A stretch of DNA of 64,000 bases from Erythrobacter sp. (GCA_963691825.1 OY829379.1:1472215-1536214), one strand, 5' to 3'; positions 39,172-49,765 are shown, counted from the first letter of the stretch. The notes: generated by a model from the letters alone, not told the origin. Numbers and translations are program-made.

Positions 39172-40322
39172 GCCGGATCCTCGGTTTGCGCGGCGTCACG
39201 TTTGCGCGGCGAGTAAAAGAAGAAATAAGCCAGCCAGAAAATCAGGAACATCCCGCCAATCACAAACCGGCTCTGCGCGCCCTCAACCAATTCGCGCGGG
39301 AACGCTTCGAGCAGGGCGGCGACTATCATCATGATCACCACGCCCACCATCACCACGGCGGCGCGCTGACCGCTGGTGGAGGCGGCTTCGAGCACGCTGC
39401 GCTGGCCCGGGAAAGTCATCGAGCGACCAATATGCAGCCCGGCTGCTCCCGCCAACAAAATGCCAAACAATTCAGTCGTGCCATGCACCGATAGCCAAGC
39501 GGAAAATTCGACTATCAACCCCGCATCAGCAAACAGCCACAAAACCGCCCCCAACAGCGCTGTGTTATAGATCAGCAGCATGAGCGAGGGGATGCCGAAC
39601 GCAAAGCCCAATGCAAATGCAAGGATACAGACCCCTGCATTGTTGCTGAAAAGGGAGGCGGCGAACACCGATAGGCCGTCTGTGCTTTCCTCCACTGCGA
39701 GTGTGGAGAGCAGTTCCTCGCGGCTTGCCCCCGGGACGCGCGAACCGGCCAGATCAGCGGGAACGAGGCGGAAAAACCAATCCTGATCGCGGGCCACCAA
39801 TAACCAGCCAACGATCGCTCCGGCGACCATGACAAACAGCGCAATGCAGATATCAAGCCAGATCTCGCGCACCGCACGGCTCCACCCGCCAAACAGAAAT
39901 TCGCGCAGCCACGCAAAGAACCCTTTGCGCGGGCCATAGACCTGAAACCAGCCGCGCTGAACGAGGTTTTCCAAATAGCTTAATGTGGCGGCATCAAGGC
40001 TGGTCTCGCGCGCGACCGACAGGCTGGAGGCGGCGGTGCGATAGAGCGTGGGCAGAGCCAGCAAGTCTTCGTCGCTGATCCGGCGCAGCCCGCCTTTTTC
40101 CATTTGTGTGACGATGGTCTCAAGCCTGCGCCAATCGGCTTCGCGTTCCAGCCGGAACCGGTCCGAGCGCAATGCCGCGCTTTCGATGTCGGCTGGCGGT
40201 GCCATATCTCCGCCGCGGCCCAACCAATTGGACAGGCGCCCCGCGGCTCGTGCCGCGGCTGATTTTGGTGCGGCGCTTGCCTCTGGGGCCTCGCCCGATG
40301 ATGGTGTGGCCGGGGCGTTCAT
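39168..40322 (-). CDS. SpoIIM (stage II sporulation protein M)-family membrane protein
   Basis: FSNNAGV and WLSVHGTTEL...AGAAG; position in the MoxR operon. Confidence 0.88.
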   Translation of the reverse strand: MNAPATPSSGEAPEASAAPKSAAARAAGRLSNWLGRGGDMAPPADIESAALRSDRFRLEREADWRRLETIVTQMEKGGLRRISDEDLLALPTLYRTAASSLSVARETSLDAATLSYLENLVQRGWFQVYGPRKGFFAWLREFLFGGWSRAVREIWLDICIALFVMVAGAIVGWLLVARDQDWFFRLVPADLAGSRVPGASREELLSTLAVEESTDGLSVFAASLFSNNAGVCILAFALGFAFGIPSLMLLIYNTALLGAVLWLFADAGLIVEFSAWLSVHGTTELFGILLAGAAGLHIGRSMTFPGQRSVLEAASTSGQRAAVVMVGVVIMMIVAALLEAFPRELVEGAQSRFVIGGMFLIFWLAYFFFYSPRKRDAAQTEDPA

Positions 40323-41659
40323 CCGATCGCCTCGCTGTTTTTGATCATGAAATATTTGTCGATCAGGTCATAGCTGATCTGTTCGTAAGGTGCCTCGATC
40401 ACATCGACCCCCATCCGGCGCAGCCTTTGCAATACGATCTGGCGTTGATGCAGCAATGTGTCAGCGGTCACCGATTGCGCAAGGGTGGCAATATCGCCCG
40501 GCTCGCGCGCGATGAAATCTTCCAGATCATGGTCGGCAATGGTCACAAATACGACGAGGTGTTTGGACACCAATCGGCCAATACTCTCAATCATCAATTC
40601 CGCCGCGGTTGGGTCGGTGAAATCGGAAAACAGCACAATCAAGGACCGGCGTTTGAGTTTGGCCGTCAGAGTCGCAAGCGCCAATATGAAATTGGGTTCG
40701 GTGGCGTCATAATCGAGCGCGGCCGCTGCGCTTTGCAAACGGTGGAAGGCGCGCGCATCATTGACGAAAGGGGTCATGACCTGCGGGCGCTGGGCAAACC
40801 CGAACAAAGCGATCTTGTCCCCTCCCTTGAGCGCGACATAGGCGCAGGTGAGCGCCGCCGAGACCGCGCGGTCAATCCGCGGCATGCCATCAACCGGTTC
40901 GCACATGGCCTGACCGCAATCAAAGGCGAAAACGATTTGATTGTTGCGCTCGCTTTCATTTTCGCGGGCGTAAAGTTGGACGTGCCGGGCGCTGGCTTTC
41001 CAATCGATCCGGCGGCGATCCATGCCCGGTTCGTATTCGGTGAGCGATTCAAACTGTGTCCCTTCGCCGCGGATTCGCCGCGCGAGCAGACCGTTTTGGG
41101 CATCGCGCATGAATGTCTGCAACATATTGGAGCGCACCGCCGATAGGTTGGGCCAGATCCGCACCTCTTGGTCGTCCATAATCCGCACGCTTTGGCGCGC
41201 GCCCAGTCCCAGTGGGCCGGTCCAACGCAGCCAAGCGCGGGTGATAGCAGCCGTGCCGCGGCGGCTGGGATGGGCATCGAACGTGCCGCTATGAGTGTCA
41301 TTGGCGGCCGATTGAACAAGGTCGATCGCGGCGCTGCCGCCTGCGGCAAGGCGCGGATCGCATTCGAGTGCGGCTTGCGGGTGTCCGACAAAGCTGCGGG
41401 CGAAGCGGGCGTGGACATCCAGCGCGGTGGACTGCCCCACTTCGGTGTCGTTCGGCACCACCACCTGCCATTCGCGCACCCCGCCGGCTATCAACCCATC
41501 CAAGACGATCAGAGCAACCAACGCCAAGGCCATAATCGGCGCGACCACCCACAATTGCGGTGAGAGCGCGGCGATCATTACTGCGACGGGGGCAAACCCG
41601 GCGGTAACCCACACCGCGCGCAAGGTGGGGACCAGAGGAAGGGCACGCAAGGACAGCAT
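40319..41659 (-). CDS. DUF58 (vWA-like) protein
   Basis: GTQFESLTEYEPGMDRRRIDWKASAR, FDCGQAM and LFSDF. Confidence 0.92.
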   Translation of the reverse strand: MLSLRALPLVPTLRAVWVTAGFAPVAVMIAALSPQLWVVAPIMALALVALIVLDGLIAGGVREWQVVVPNDTEVGQSTALDVHARFARSFVGHPQAALECDPRLAAGGSAAIDLVQSAANDTHSGTFDAHPSRRGTAAITRAWLRWTGPLGLGARQSVRIMDDQEVRIWPNLSAVRSNMLQTFMRDAQNGLLARRIRGEGTQFESLTEYEPGMDRRRIDWKASARHVQLYARENESERNNQIVFAFDCGQAMCEPVDGMPRIDRAVSAALTCAYVALKGGDKIALFGFAQRPQVMTPFVNDARAFHRLQSAAAALDYDATEPNFILALATLTAKLKRRSLIVLFSDFTDPTAAELMIESIGRLVSKHLVVFVTIADHDLEDFIAREPGDIATLAQSVTADTLLHQRQIVLQRLRRMGVDVIEAPYEQISYDLIDKYFMIKNSEAIG

Positions 41660-41665
41660 CCCAAC

Positions 41666-42679
41666 CTAGCGCGGCGCCTGCGTGCTATCGACCAGTTCGC
41701 TCACCAGTTCCTCAATATCGCGCCCTTCGATTTCCGCCGCTGGGCTGAGTGTCAGGCGATGGCGCAAGACCGGCACAGCGAGTGCTTTCACATCGTCGGG
41801 AATGGCGTAGGCGCGGCCTTGCAATGCGGCGCGCGCGCGCGCGGCCCCGGCCAACATCACCGCAGCGCGCGGTGAAGCGCCGACGGATAATTCGACATGT
41901 TCGCGCGTCGCCCGCACCAGCCGCACGATATATTCGGTCACTTCCTGTGCCACCGTGACATGGCTGAGCGCGGCGCTGGCTGCGGCCAGCTTGGCGGTAT
42001 CGGCAACCTTGCTCACCCCCAGATCGGCCGCGCGTTGTGGCCCCTGACGTGCGCCATAGCTCGCCACGATCCGTTCTTCTTCTGCTTCATCGGGATAGGG
42101 CACGAGCAGCTTGAACAAGAACCGGTCGAGCTGCGCCTCGGGCAGGGGATAGACGCCCTGGTTTTCGATCGGGTTCTGGGTAGCGATCACCATGAATTGC
42201 TCCGCCAATTGGTGCGTTTCCCCGTCCAATGTGACGCGGCGCTCCTGCATCGCTTCGAGCAGGGCGGCCTGGGTTTTGGGCGGGGTGCGGTTGATCTCGT
42301 CGGCCAGCAGCAATTCGCAAAAGATCGGCCCGCGTGTCAGAGTGAACTGGCTGGTTTGGAAGTTGAACAGGTTGGAGCCCAGAATGTCGCCCGGCAGCAG
42401 GTCCGGGGTGAACTGGATGCGTCCAAAATCGAGCCCGAGCGCGGTCGCAAAGGCATTGGCGAGGAAGGTTTTGGCGGTGCCGGGCGGGCCTTCCATCAGA
42501 ACATGGCCCTGCGCCACCATCGCCACCAGCAATTGCTCCACCATCTCATCCTGTCCGACGATTGCCTTGGCAATTTCGGCGCGGATGGAATCGGCCAACC
42601 CCCGCAGATCCTCCAGCGACATCGCACCGGCTGCGGGTTGGGGCGCAGTTGGATTTGCGCTTTGCGTGTCAGTGCTCAT
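41666..42679 (-). CDS. MoxR-family AAA+ ATPase
   Basis: [40 protein letters not shown] and [19 protein letters not shown]. Confidence 0.96.
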   Translation of the reverse strand: MSTDTQSANPTAPQPAAGAMSLEDLRGLADSIRAEIAKAIVGQDEMVEQLLVAMVAQGHVLMEGPPGTAKTFLANAFATALGLDFGRIQFTPDLLPGDILGSNLFNFQTSQFTLTRGPIFCELLLADEINRTPPKTQAALLEAMQERRVTLDGETHQLAEQFMVIATQNPIENQGVYPLPEAQLDRFLFKLLVPYPDEAEEERIVASYGARQGPQRAADLGVSKVADTAKLAAASAALSHVTVAQEVTEYIVRLVRATREHVELSVGASPRAAVMLAGAARARAALQGRAYAIPDDVKALAVPVLRHRLTLSPAAEIEGRDIEELVSELVDSTQAPR

Positions 42680-42695
42680 CGTGATCGGGTCCCCA

Positions 42696-43970
42696 TCATC
42701 TGTTTGTCTTCAATTTCTGTGTGAGTTTATGCAATGCGCTGGCTGCGCGCATTATCTCGGCCGGGTTTTGGGCATTGTGGAGCCGCTGCGCCAGCTGCGA
42801 AAATGGCTCTCCATCAGGCAGGCGCCGCGCCAGCGCCTGATCGATCGATTGCGGATCGGGATGGACCAGGCCAAGCGTCCGCCCAAGCCGCCGCTGGATC
42901 AGCGAAATATAGGGATCCGCCATCAGGCCAAGCCGATTGGCGCGCACGATCAAGCCTGCGCCATTGGTTACCAGCCGGCGTTTGCCAAAAGCAATCTGGG
43001 GCCCGCTCACCACGCTGGGGCCGAACCTTAAAAAAGCGCGCCAGCCAATGATCACGATTGCTAGGATGAGGCACAATGTCGCGGCAAGAAATGGCGGTTG
43101 GAAAGCGAGAGTTAAAAGGTTGAGCGCATCGCCCGGGCCGATCAACGTCATATCAAAGGTAACACGTCCTTCGTCATATCCAGCCTCATTGATTAAAGCG
43201 AGCGCAGCGGCGGCGCGTTGTGGGTCGGCAAGGCCGTAATTGTTCATGAGATCAGGCTCGACCACGAACATCGTCCAGTGCGCATCGTTGAAATATTCCG
43301 AGCCCGGCTCGCCGAGCACATGGAATGCCAGCATATCGCCGGCAGGATCGCTGATCACAGGATCAAAAATTGGGGTTGGCTTGACCGAAAAGTGCAAAGC
43401 GGTCGGCAGTTTGCCAACCATACCCAAACCCTGCCATTCGACCTCCTTGCCCTCAGTTCTCACATGCCGTTGGACAAATTCAAAGGGGGGCGGCAAATTC
43501 TGGGTCCAGGGCAGGTTTTCTGGCCTGACCAAGCGCACCCAGTCTCTTCTCAGTCGCTCTTGGTCCTCTTCTGATAGCTCTCCGGTCACACGAGCGGTGC
43601 GCCATTTGGGCAGGATCACGAGGGTGGGGCCGACATATTGCCGATCCTCGAGCACTTTTGCGAATTCCTCGGCATCGGTGTCGATGGGCGGGGTCAGGAT
43701 CAAAAGGTCGGATGTGCTCAACCCCGCGGGGTCGCGGCTGCGTTCAACCGTAATCCCATCTGATTCAAGCAATTGCACCAAGCCGGCATAGCCATTGAGG
43801 CCGTTCGAATAGGCATGGGCCTTGCCGGTCTCGTCCGGTCCGCCGGTATCCCCAGCCGCAATGAAATACAGCATGGCAAGGAAGGCAGCAAAGCCAACCA
43901 GCACCACGCCAAGAACCGCGCCTTTGCTGAAGGGAGAGCCCGCATTGCGCCGATTTGTTGCTCCGCTCAT
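42696..43970 (-). CDS. DUF4350-domain membrane protein
   Basis: N-terminal [22 protein letters not shown], second TM and C-terminal helical region; operon context. Confidence 0.8.
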   Translation of the reverse strand: MSGATNRRNAGSPFSKGAVLGVVLVGFAAFLAMLYFIAAGDTGGPDETGKAHAYSNGLNGYAGLVQLLESDGITVERSRDPAGLSTSDLLILTPPIDTDAEEFAKVLEDRQYVGPTLVILPKWRTARVTGELSEEDQERLRRDWVRLVRPENLPWTQNLPPPFEFVQRHVRTEGKEVEWQGLGMVGKLPTALHFSVKPTPIFDPVISDPAGDMLAFHVLGEPGSEYFNDAHWTMFVVEPDLMNNYGLADPQRAAAALALINEAGYDEGRVTFDMTLIGPGDALNLLTLAFQPPFLAATLCLILAIVIIGWRAFLRFGPSVVSGPQIAFGKRRLVTNGAGLIVRANRLGLMADPYISLIQRRLGRTLGLVHPDPQSIDQALARRLPDGEPFSQLAQRLHNAQNPAEIMRAASALHKLTQKLKTNR

Positions 43971-44782
43971 CGTGCCCGCCCTTGGGCAATGGCGCCCGCC
44001 CCGGTTGGGCGCGCCGCGGTTTCAATCGCGGCCTCGGCGAAATTGGCATAGGCCGCCCGCGCGGTTTCCCAATCGCTTCGATCGAGCGAACGCAAAGCAA
44101 AAAGCGATCGCTCCACCTGTTCCGCGATCGTGCCAAACGCCCGCCTTGCGGTTTGAGACAGCGCCGGTAGCGCTGCCAGCTCGCGCGCCGTGCTCGACGG
44201 TTCGACCCAGTCGGGACGCGCGGCGGAAATGTGGCTGACGCTGCGTTGCAGCAGGAGGTGAGTGGCTTCATCAAACCGCCCTTGGGCTGCGAGCTTGTCG
44301 GCGTCTTCCAGCAAAGCGATGCTCTCTTGCGCGCTGGGCGCCCATTCCGGCTCGCTTACGGCTGTGCGCGCGGCGGCTTTCTTTCTTGCCAGCGGACCAA
44401 ATGTGCGAACTGACATGTACAGCAAAAAAGCCACCGCAAGTGCGAGCAAGACCCATTGCAGCCACGCCCATGAGGCGCCAAGCACGCCGCCTATTGGGGC
44501 GAGGATACTTCCCAAGACGTCAAAAAAACTGCGCAAGGCCTCGGCCAACCAGCTGGGCTCTCGCACCTCGACTATGGGGACAATCGGTTCGAACTGAATG
44601 TCGTCATTGCCGCGCAAATCTTCCCAACCGGCCGGTCCATTCGCTGAATCCAAGGGCGGTTGATCTGATGCTGCGGTCGTTTGCGCACCCTGCGGCATGT
44701 CCACAGAACCACGCGAGGGGACAATCCGCGAAGGCTCCGCGGCATCCAGAGTGCCTAAACTATCGTGTGTCGCCTCGCTCAT
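43967..44782 (-). CDS. DUF4129-like membrane protein
   Basis: TM helix, then ADKLAAQGRFDEATHLLL...SSTAREL...VERSLFA. Confidence 0.75.
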   Translation of the reverse strand: MSEATHDSLGTLDAAEPSRIVPSRGSVDMPQGAQTTAASDQPPLDSANGPAGWEDLRGNDDIQFEPIVPIVEVREPSWLAEALRSFFDVLGSILAPIGGVLGASWAWLQWVLLALAVAFLLYMSVRTFGPLARKKAAARTAVSEPEWAPSAQESIALLEDADKLAAQGRFDEATHLLLQRSVSHISAARPDWVEPSSTARELAALPALSQTARRAFGTIAEQVERSLFALRSLDRSDWETARAAYANFAEAAIETAARPTGAGAIAQGRAR

Positions 44783-44878
44783 CTAAACGGGTTGGTGGCA
44801 TGTCGCCTCGCACAGCGCAATATACTTCTAATAGTAAGTATTGGGGTAACGCGATTTCATTTGCTTGGTGTGGCGTAA

Positions 44879-45784
44879 TTAACCGCGTTTACGCGCCTGT
44901 TCGTAGCTGCCCAGCACGCGCAATTCTTTAGAATGGAAGGCGCATTCTTCCAGAGCGCGATCAACCGCGGGGTCGCCCGGCACGCCGATAATATCGGCAT
45001 AAAAGCGAGTGGCGGAAAAGCTGGTGCCGATCTGATAGCTTTCCAGCTTGGTCATGTTGACGCCATTCGTCGCAAATCCGCCCAATACTTTATACAGCGC
45101 AGCAGGAATGTTCTTCACCTCGAAGACAAAGGTCGTCATCGCCGGCTTGTCAGTGTCGGTTGTGATGAAAGTGGGTTTGTTCGCCAGCACGACGAAGCGG
45201 GTCATGTTGTCGTGGCTGTCTTCCACATTTTGCTCGATTATCTCCAAGCCATAGAGATCCGCAGCAATTGCCGGTGCAATCGCGCCGATTTTTGGGTCAC
45301 CCAGCTCCGCCACATGTGCAGCCGCTCCGGCGGTGTCGATAAAGCTCAATGGGGTGATGGCGCGGTCACGCAAAAACTTGCGTGATTGGCCGAGTGCTTG
45401 GGGGTGGCTGTAGGCCGATTCGAGCGCACCGCGCGCAGCATCCGTCTTGGGCGCCATCAGCGCGTGATGGATCGGCATGAAATATTCGCCAACGATCGAA
45501 AGCCCGCTTTCGGGCAGAAGGAAGTGGATGTCGGCAACCCGCCCATGCTGCGAATTTTCAATCGGGATGATGGCCTCGCCTGCGCGCCCATCTTTGACCG
45601 CGTCAAGCGCATCTTCAAACCCAAAGCACGGCAGCGGCAGGGAATCGGGCCGCGCTTCGGTGGCGGCTCGGTGTGAATTGGCCCCTGGCGAGCCTTGGAA
45701 TGCGATCGCCCGTGCAGGTGCCGCTTGGGCAGCGGCGCGCATTTCGTCAACAATCGCAATGGCGGGGGTGGGAAAACTTCGCAT
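44879..45784 (-). CDS. pheA: Prephenate dehydratase
   Basis: AFQGSPGANSH, PIENS, YSHPQALGQ, NMTRF and ACT domain NMTKLES; start at 45784. Confidence 0.95.
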   Translation of the reverse strand: MRSFPTPAIAIVDEMRAAAQAAPARAIAFQGSPGANSHRAATEARPDSLPLPCFGFEDALDAVKDGRAGEAIIPIENSQHGRVADIHFLLPESGLSIVGEYFMPIHHALMAPKTDAARGALESAYSHPQALGQSRKFLRDRAITPLSFIDTAGAAAHVAELGDPKIGAIAPAIAADLYGLEIIEQNVEDSHDNMTRFVVLANKPTFITTDTDKPAMTTFVFEVKNIPAALYKVLGGFATNGVNMTKLESYQIGTSFSATRFYADIIGVPGDPAVDRALEECAFHSKELRVLGSYEQARKRG

Positions 45785-45917
45785 AATAGAGGGCGTGCTA
45801 GTGCCCCCATGCCCCAGCGGCAAGGGGCCTGATCGCGGATTATTGCAATTCATGCACCAAATGATGATGCGTTTGGCCTTGCACAGGCTCGTGCCGGTCA
45901 TTATGGGGGCGTCCGGG

Positions 45918-46592
45918 ATGACTATGGACAAGAATTCATCAGCTACGCCGAACGCCGAAACGGATTCGGGCGACCTCTTCAACACCGCCGCAGGCTGGGT
46001 GCTTTTTGCTGCCGGCTTGGGACTGGGCCTCTCTATTGTGAGCGGCAAGGTTTTTCACGGCAATGATCCGCAAAGACCTGATGATTTGGGCTATGTGATT
46101 GAAGTCGCTGAAGCGGATGCGGGAGATAGCGGCCCCACTCTGGCTGAGGTGCTCAATACGGTCACGGCGGCCGATGGTGAGCGGGTTTTTGCCAAATGTG
46201 CAGCTTGCCACTCGATCGATGCGGGCGGCGCCAACGGTGTGGGACCAAACCTGCACGGGATTATGGGCGCACCCGTCGGCAAGGTTGGCGGATACAGCTA
46301 TTCCAGCGCGATGAGCACCCATGGCGGCAATTGGGGCTGGGATGAGATGAATGACTGGCTCGACAATCCGCGCGGATATATTTCGGGCACCAAAATGGGC
46401 TTTGCTGGCCTGTCCAAGCTTGAAGATCGCGCTGCTGTTGCGGTCTATATGAACGAAAACGGCTCAAACATTGCATTGCCCGAATTCGTTCCGGCTGAGG
46501 TGGTCGCAGAAGACGACGCCGAGGCCGAAGCTGAAGTCGATCAGAACGTCGCTGAAGGCACATCGGAACAGACCGCTGCGGCTGAAAGCTGA
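45918..46592 (+). CDS. Membrane-anchored cytochrome c (CycM/c2-like)
   Basis: N-terminal TM; CAACH heme motif, GPNLHG and GTKMGFAG. Confidence 0.93.
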   Translation: MTMDKNSSATPNAETDSGDLFNTAAGWVLFAAGLGLGLSIVSGKVFHGNDPQRPDDLGYVIEVAEADAGDSGPTLAEVLNTVTAADGERVFAKCAACHSIDAGGANGVGPNLHGIMGAPVGKVGGYSYSSAMSTHGGNWGWDEMNDWLDNPRGYISGTKMGFAGLSKLEDRAAVAVYMNENGSNIALPEFVPAEVVAEDDAEAEAEVDQNVAEGTSEQTAAAES

Positions 46593-46625
46593 GCTTTCTT
46601 AAAAAACCTGGGTATGAAAGAGGTG

Positions 46626-47291
46626 TTAGCTGCGCCCTTTGAGCCCTTGCGCCACGACATACCATTCCGATGAGCCCTTGCGGCTTGCGGGGGGCTTGGC
46701 ATGTTTGACGGTGTTGAAATGCTGTTTCAGCAGCGCGAGAAGTTCAGAGTCAGTCCCGCCAGCCAATACCTTAGCAACAAAGGCGCCGCCCTTCTCCAAG
46801 GTTTCCACCGCGAACCAAGCGCCCGCCTCGACCAAGGCCATTGTGCGCAAATGGTCGGTTTGTTTGTGTCCAACAGTGTTGGCTGCCATGTCGGACAAAA
46901 CGAGGTCGGGCGCGCCTCCCAATGCCTTTTCCAGAGCTGCCGGTGCGGCATCGTCCATGAAATCCATCTCGAAAATGGTGACCCCTTCGATCGGTTCCAC
47001 CGGCAGTAAATCGATGCCCACCACTTCGGCTTTGGGGGCTTTGGCGCGGACAACCTGGCTCCATCCCCCCGGGGCAATCCCGAGATCGACTACTCTCTTG
47101 GCCCCGCGAATCAGACCAAACCGGTCATCCAGCTCGATCAATTTGTAAGCAGCGCGGCTGCGGTAGCCGTCCGATTTTGCCTTTTTGACATAGGGGTCGT
47201 TCAATTGCCGTTCGAGCCAGCGCACCTGCGAAGCGGTGCGTTTCTTGCCGGTTTTGACCCGGCGATCCGGATTGCGTCCTGAACGTGTCAT
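46626..47291 (-). CDS. rlmE: 23S rRNA Um2552 methyltransferase
   Basis: YRSRAAYKL, DLGIAPGGWSQ, SDMAAN and K-D-K-E tetrad (SEWY). Confidence 0.96.
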   Translation of the reverse strand: MTRSGRNPDRRVKTGKKRTASQVRWLERQLNDPYVKKAKSDGYRSRAAYKLIELDDRFGLIRGAKRVVDLGIAPGGWSQVVRAKAPKAEVVGIDLLPVEPIEGVTIFEMDFMDDAAPAALEKALGGAPDLVLSDMAANTVGHKQTDHLRTMALVEAGAWFAVETLEKGGAFVAKVLAGGTDSELLALLKQHFNTVKHAKPPASRKGSSEWYVVAQGLKGRS

Positions 47292-47301
47292 AGCTCTCTA
47301 T

Positions 47302-48687
47302 TCATGCCTGCTTTTTGCGCGTTGCCTGCAGCGCTTCGAGGCTGCGCTCGCTGTCCCGGTCGGCGGCCATCAAGCTGCGCAAGATACCCTCTCGAATACC
47401 GCGATCCGCCACGCCCAAACGCTGCGCTGGCCACAGGTCGAGGATCGATTCCAGAATAGCACAACCCGCGACGACAAGATCGGCTCGGTCATTGCCGATA
47501 CACGGCACTTCGCTGCGCTCGGCTGGAGACATGCTGGATAACCGCTTGCTGATCTCGCGCATTGAATGCGAAGGCACAATCAAACCATCCACCGCTTTGC
47601 GGTCATAATGCGGCAGTTCGAGATGCAGGCTGGCGAGAGTGGTCACGGTTCCGCTTGTTCCCAAAAGCCGGATATGTGAGCCTCCCGCCGCTTGAGCAAT
47701 GCGCTCGGCAAAAGGTGCGAAGCTGTTTGAGACGGTTTCTCGCATTTTGTCATAGCGTTGGCGCCGGGCTTCCGGGCCGCTTGACCCTGGGGGCTCCTCG
47801 CGCCGGATGGTGTCGGTAAGCGACACAACACCCCAAGGCACACTCTGCCAATCGATAATTTCGGGTATTTTCTTGCCTGGCTGCAGCATCACCAATTCGG
47901 TTGAGCCACCGCCAATATCGAAGATCAGAGCCGGACCCTCGCCCGTCTCAAGCAGGATGTGACAGCCAAGAACCGCTAATCGCGCTTCTTCCTCGGCGGT
48001 GATAATATCCAGCACGATGCCGGTTTCCCGGCGCACGCGCTCGATAAAGGCTTCTCCGTTCGAGGCCCGGCGGCACGCCTCGGTCGCCACTGAGCGCGCG
48101 AGCCTGACATTGCGTCGGCGCAATTTGTCCGCACAGATTGATAATGCGCCAAGAGCCCGGTCCATCGCTTCATCCGAAAGGTGACCTGTGGTGGCCAAAT
48201 CTTCGCCGAGTTTCACGACCTTGCTGAAAGCATCGATGACGGTGAAGTCGGGCCCAGATGGGCGCGCAATCAAAAGCCGGCAATTGTTGGTGCCAAGGTC
48301 GAGAGCCGCATAGGCTTCGCCGCGGTTAAGGGGACGGTTGAGGGATCTTGTTGCGGTCGCAGATTTGCTGCGCGCAGGGGCGTGCGGTCGCTGTTTCTTG
48401 CCTGCTCGGCTTGCCGGTTTCGGGGCTGGTTGCGCGTCCCTGCCGATTGTGCGGCGCTGGCCATTATTGCCGCTGTGTTTTGGAGTTTGCGGACGCTGGC
48501 TTTGCGGGCCAACGGTATCTGAACCGCCTGACCGGTGCGCACGCGATGTAGGGCCCCTAGCTTTGGCTTTGGCTTTCTTGCCCTGCTGGCTGGAGCGTTT
48601 GTAGCGAAAATCGGCTACGTTACCGGACTTGCCGCTCCGTTTTTTGCCAGAACCTCTATATTCGTCCGGCGGAAGCGCATCCGCCAT
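47302..48687 (-). CDS. ppx: Ppx/GppA exopolyphosphatase with long basic N-terminal extension
   Basis: ALDLGTNNCRL, ATEACR, EEARL, DIGGGSTE, GTSGT and GIREG. Confidence 0.93.
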   Translation of the reverse strand: MADALPPDEYRGSGKKRSGKSGNVADFRYKRSSQQGKKAKAKARGPTSRAHRSGGSDTVGPQSQRPQTPKHSGNNGQRRTIGRDAQPAPKPASRAGKKQRPHAPARSKSATATRSLNRPLNRGEAYAALDLGTNNCRLLIARPSGPDFTVIDAFSKVVKLGEDLATTGHLSDEAMDRALGALSICADKLRRRNVRLARSVATEACRRASNGEAFIERVRRETGIVLDIITAEEEARLAVLGCHILLETGEGPALIFDIGGGSTELVMLQPGKKIPEIIDWQSVPWGVVSLTDTIRREEPPGSSGPEARRQRYDKMRETVSNSFAPFAERIAQAAGGSHIRLLGTSGTVTTLASLHLELPHYDRKAVDGLIVPSHSMREISKRLSSMSPAERSEVPCIGNDRADLVVAGCAILESILDLWPAQRLGVADRGIREGILRSLMAADRDSERSLEALQATRKKQA

Positions 48688-48706
48688 ACATCATGCTTTC
48701 ATATCA

Positions 48707-48727
48707 CTGACGTAAGATCAACGTCAG
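48707..48727. promoter_or_regulatory. Inverted repeat CTGACGT-N7-ACGTCAG upstream of ppx
   Basis: Perfect 7-bp arms 20 nt before the ppx ATG; function unknown. Confidence 0.35.
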
Positions 48728-49269
48728 AACCTGTTCTGATGTTTAGCAGCGAGCAAAGGGACGCGCAAGAAAACTTGGCCGCGCCCCCTGTGGGGTAACC
48801 TTTTTACGGATGCTTTTCGCGTGTAGGTGGAAATCAACTCTTGGGCCCAAACTGCTGCTCGATCGTCTAAGGATAAGACTGCAGAAGTCGGCTGCTTCGG
48901 TTGAAAGGTGAAACCACACGAGGCAACCATGGAAAGAATTTTTCGTTTTAGGTCAGCGTTGTAAAACGAGCATTAAGGTCTCGAAGAGTCAGCGTTTATC
49001 GCTTGGGATATCTGAGTGCAAGGCACGAGTTAAGCAGTTGGCGTCGGAGTGTAATTAAGCGTCATGGGCAGAGAATTCGGCCTCATAAAATCTAGATTCG
49101 AGTGTAGGCAATAGGTTTTTGAGCAATCGCATCGTTTGTTGTCGCAAGCATCGAAAATTATGTTGGCAACATTCTAATTCAATCGGGAGGTATTATTTAA
49201 TTATATACAAGATGGATAATTGTAATTTGCAGAAAATTCCTAAATATCAGCATGGAATAAATGCTAAAG

Positions 49270-49623
49270 TTATTTGAGAAAAATATACAGCTGGTTGAAA
49301 GATCCATCTGTATGCTGCAAAGCCACGAAGTAATCCAATTTGATCGTAGCTTGGATCGAGCCGTAAAAATTTGACCGAGCACGCTGCACGTATTTTTTGA
49401 CTATCTCGTCGAATATATCCCCGCCTGCTATCGCGGCTAATGTGCTTCTTGTTGTAGCTCTTCCTTCGGCCGTTACGAGGGCCCGTACAATTGCGTGCTG
49501 TGATTTTGGAAGTTGCAGGCAAGAACCATTAAATAGGAAAGTGTTCAGATCGTCGAATGAAATATTCCCGCATTGAATATTTTATGTCCAGTAAACCCTT
49601 GACCGCACTGTGGGCAATGACAT
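49270..49623 (-). pseudogene. Disrupted CxxC + OmpR/PhoB-type winged-helix gene (absent from the ORF track)
   Basis: Frame 49581-49270 reads NIQCGNISFDDLNTFLFNGSCLQLPKSQHAIVRALVTAEGRATTRSTLAAIAGGDIFDEIVKKYVQRARSNF...; in-frame ATG at 49623 is followed by TAA at 49584-49582; an adjacent frame reads HCPQCG. Confidence 0.65.
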
Positions 49624-49765
49624 TAATTTGTTTCCGATAATTGATTGCGATACTGTATTATAAAGATTTCTTTCTTTGAAAAGTATCAAACTCTTAATAT
49701 ATATAAAAAACTTTGTGGAATTAGAATACGTGTAATTACCAAGTAAATTGAATCTATCTGTTCAG

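Noticed and set aside
48724-48930. 68-aa ORF on the minus strand
   Set aside because: No family motif and no SD; upstream frames are full of stops. It could be a remnant but I cannot support it as a gene.
49197-49522. ORF-track calls 49247-49522 and 49197-49382
   Set aside because: They are alternative frames over the wHTH remnant, which is the protein-like frame.
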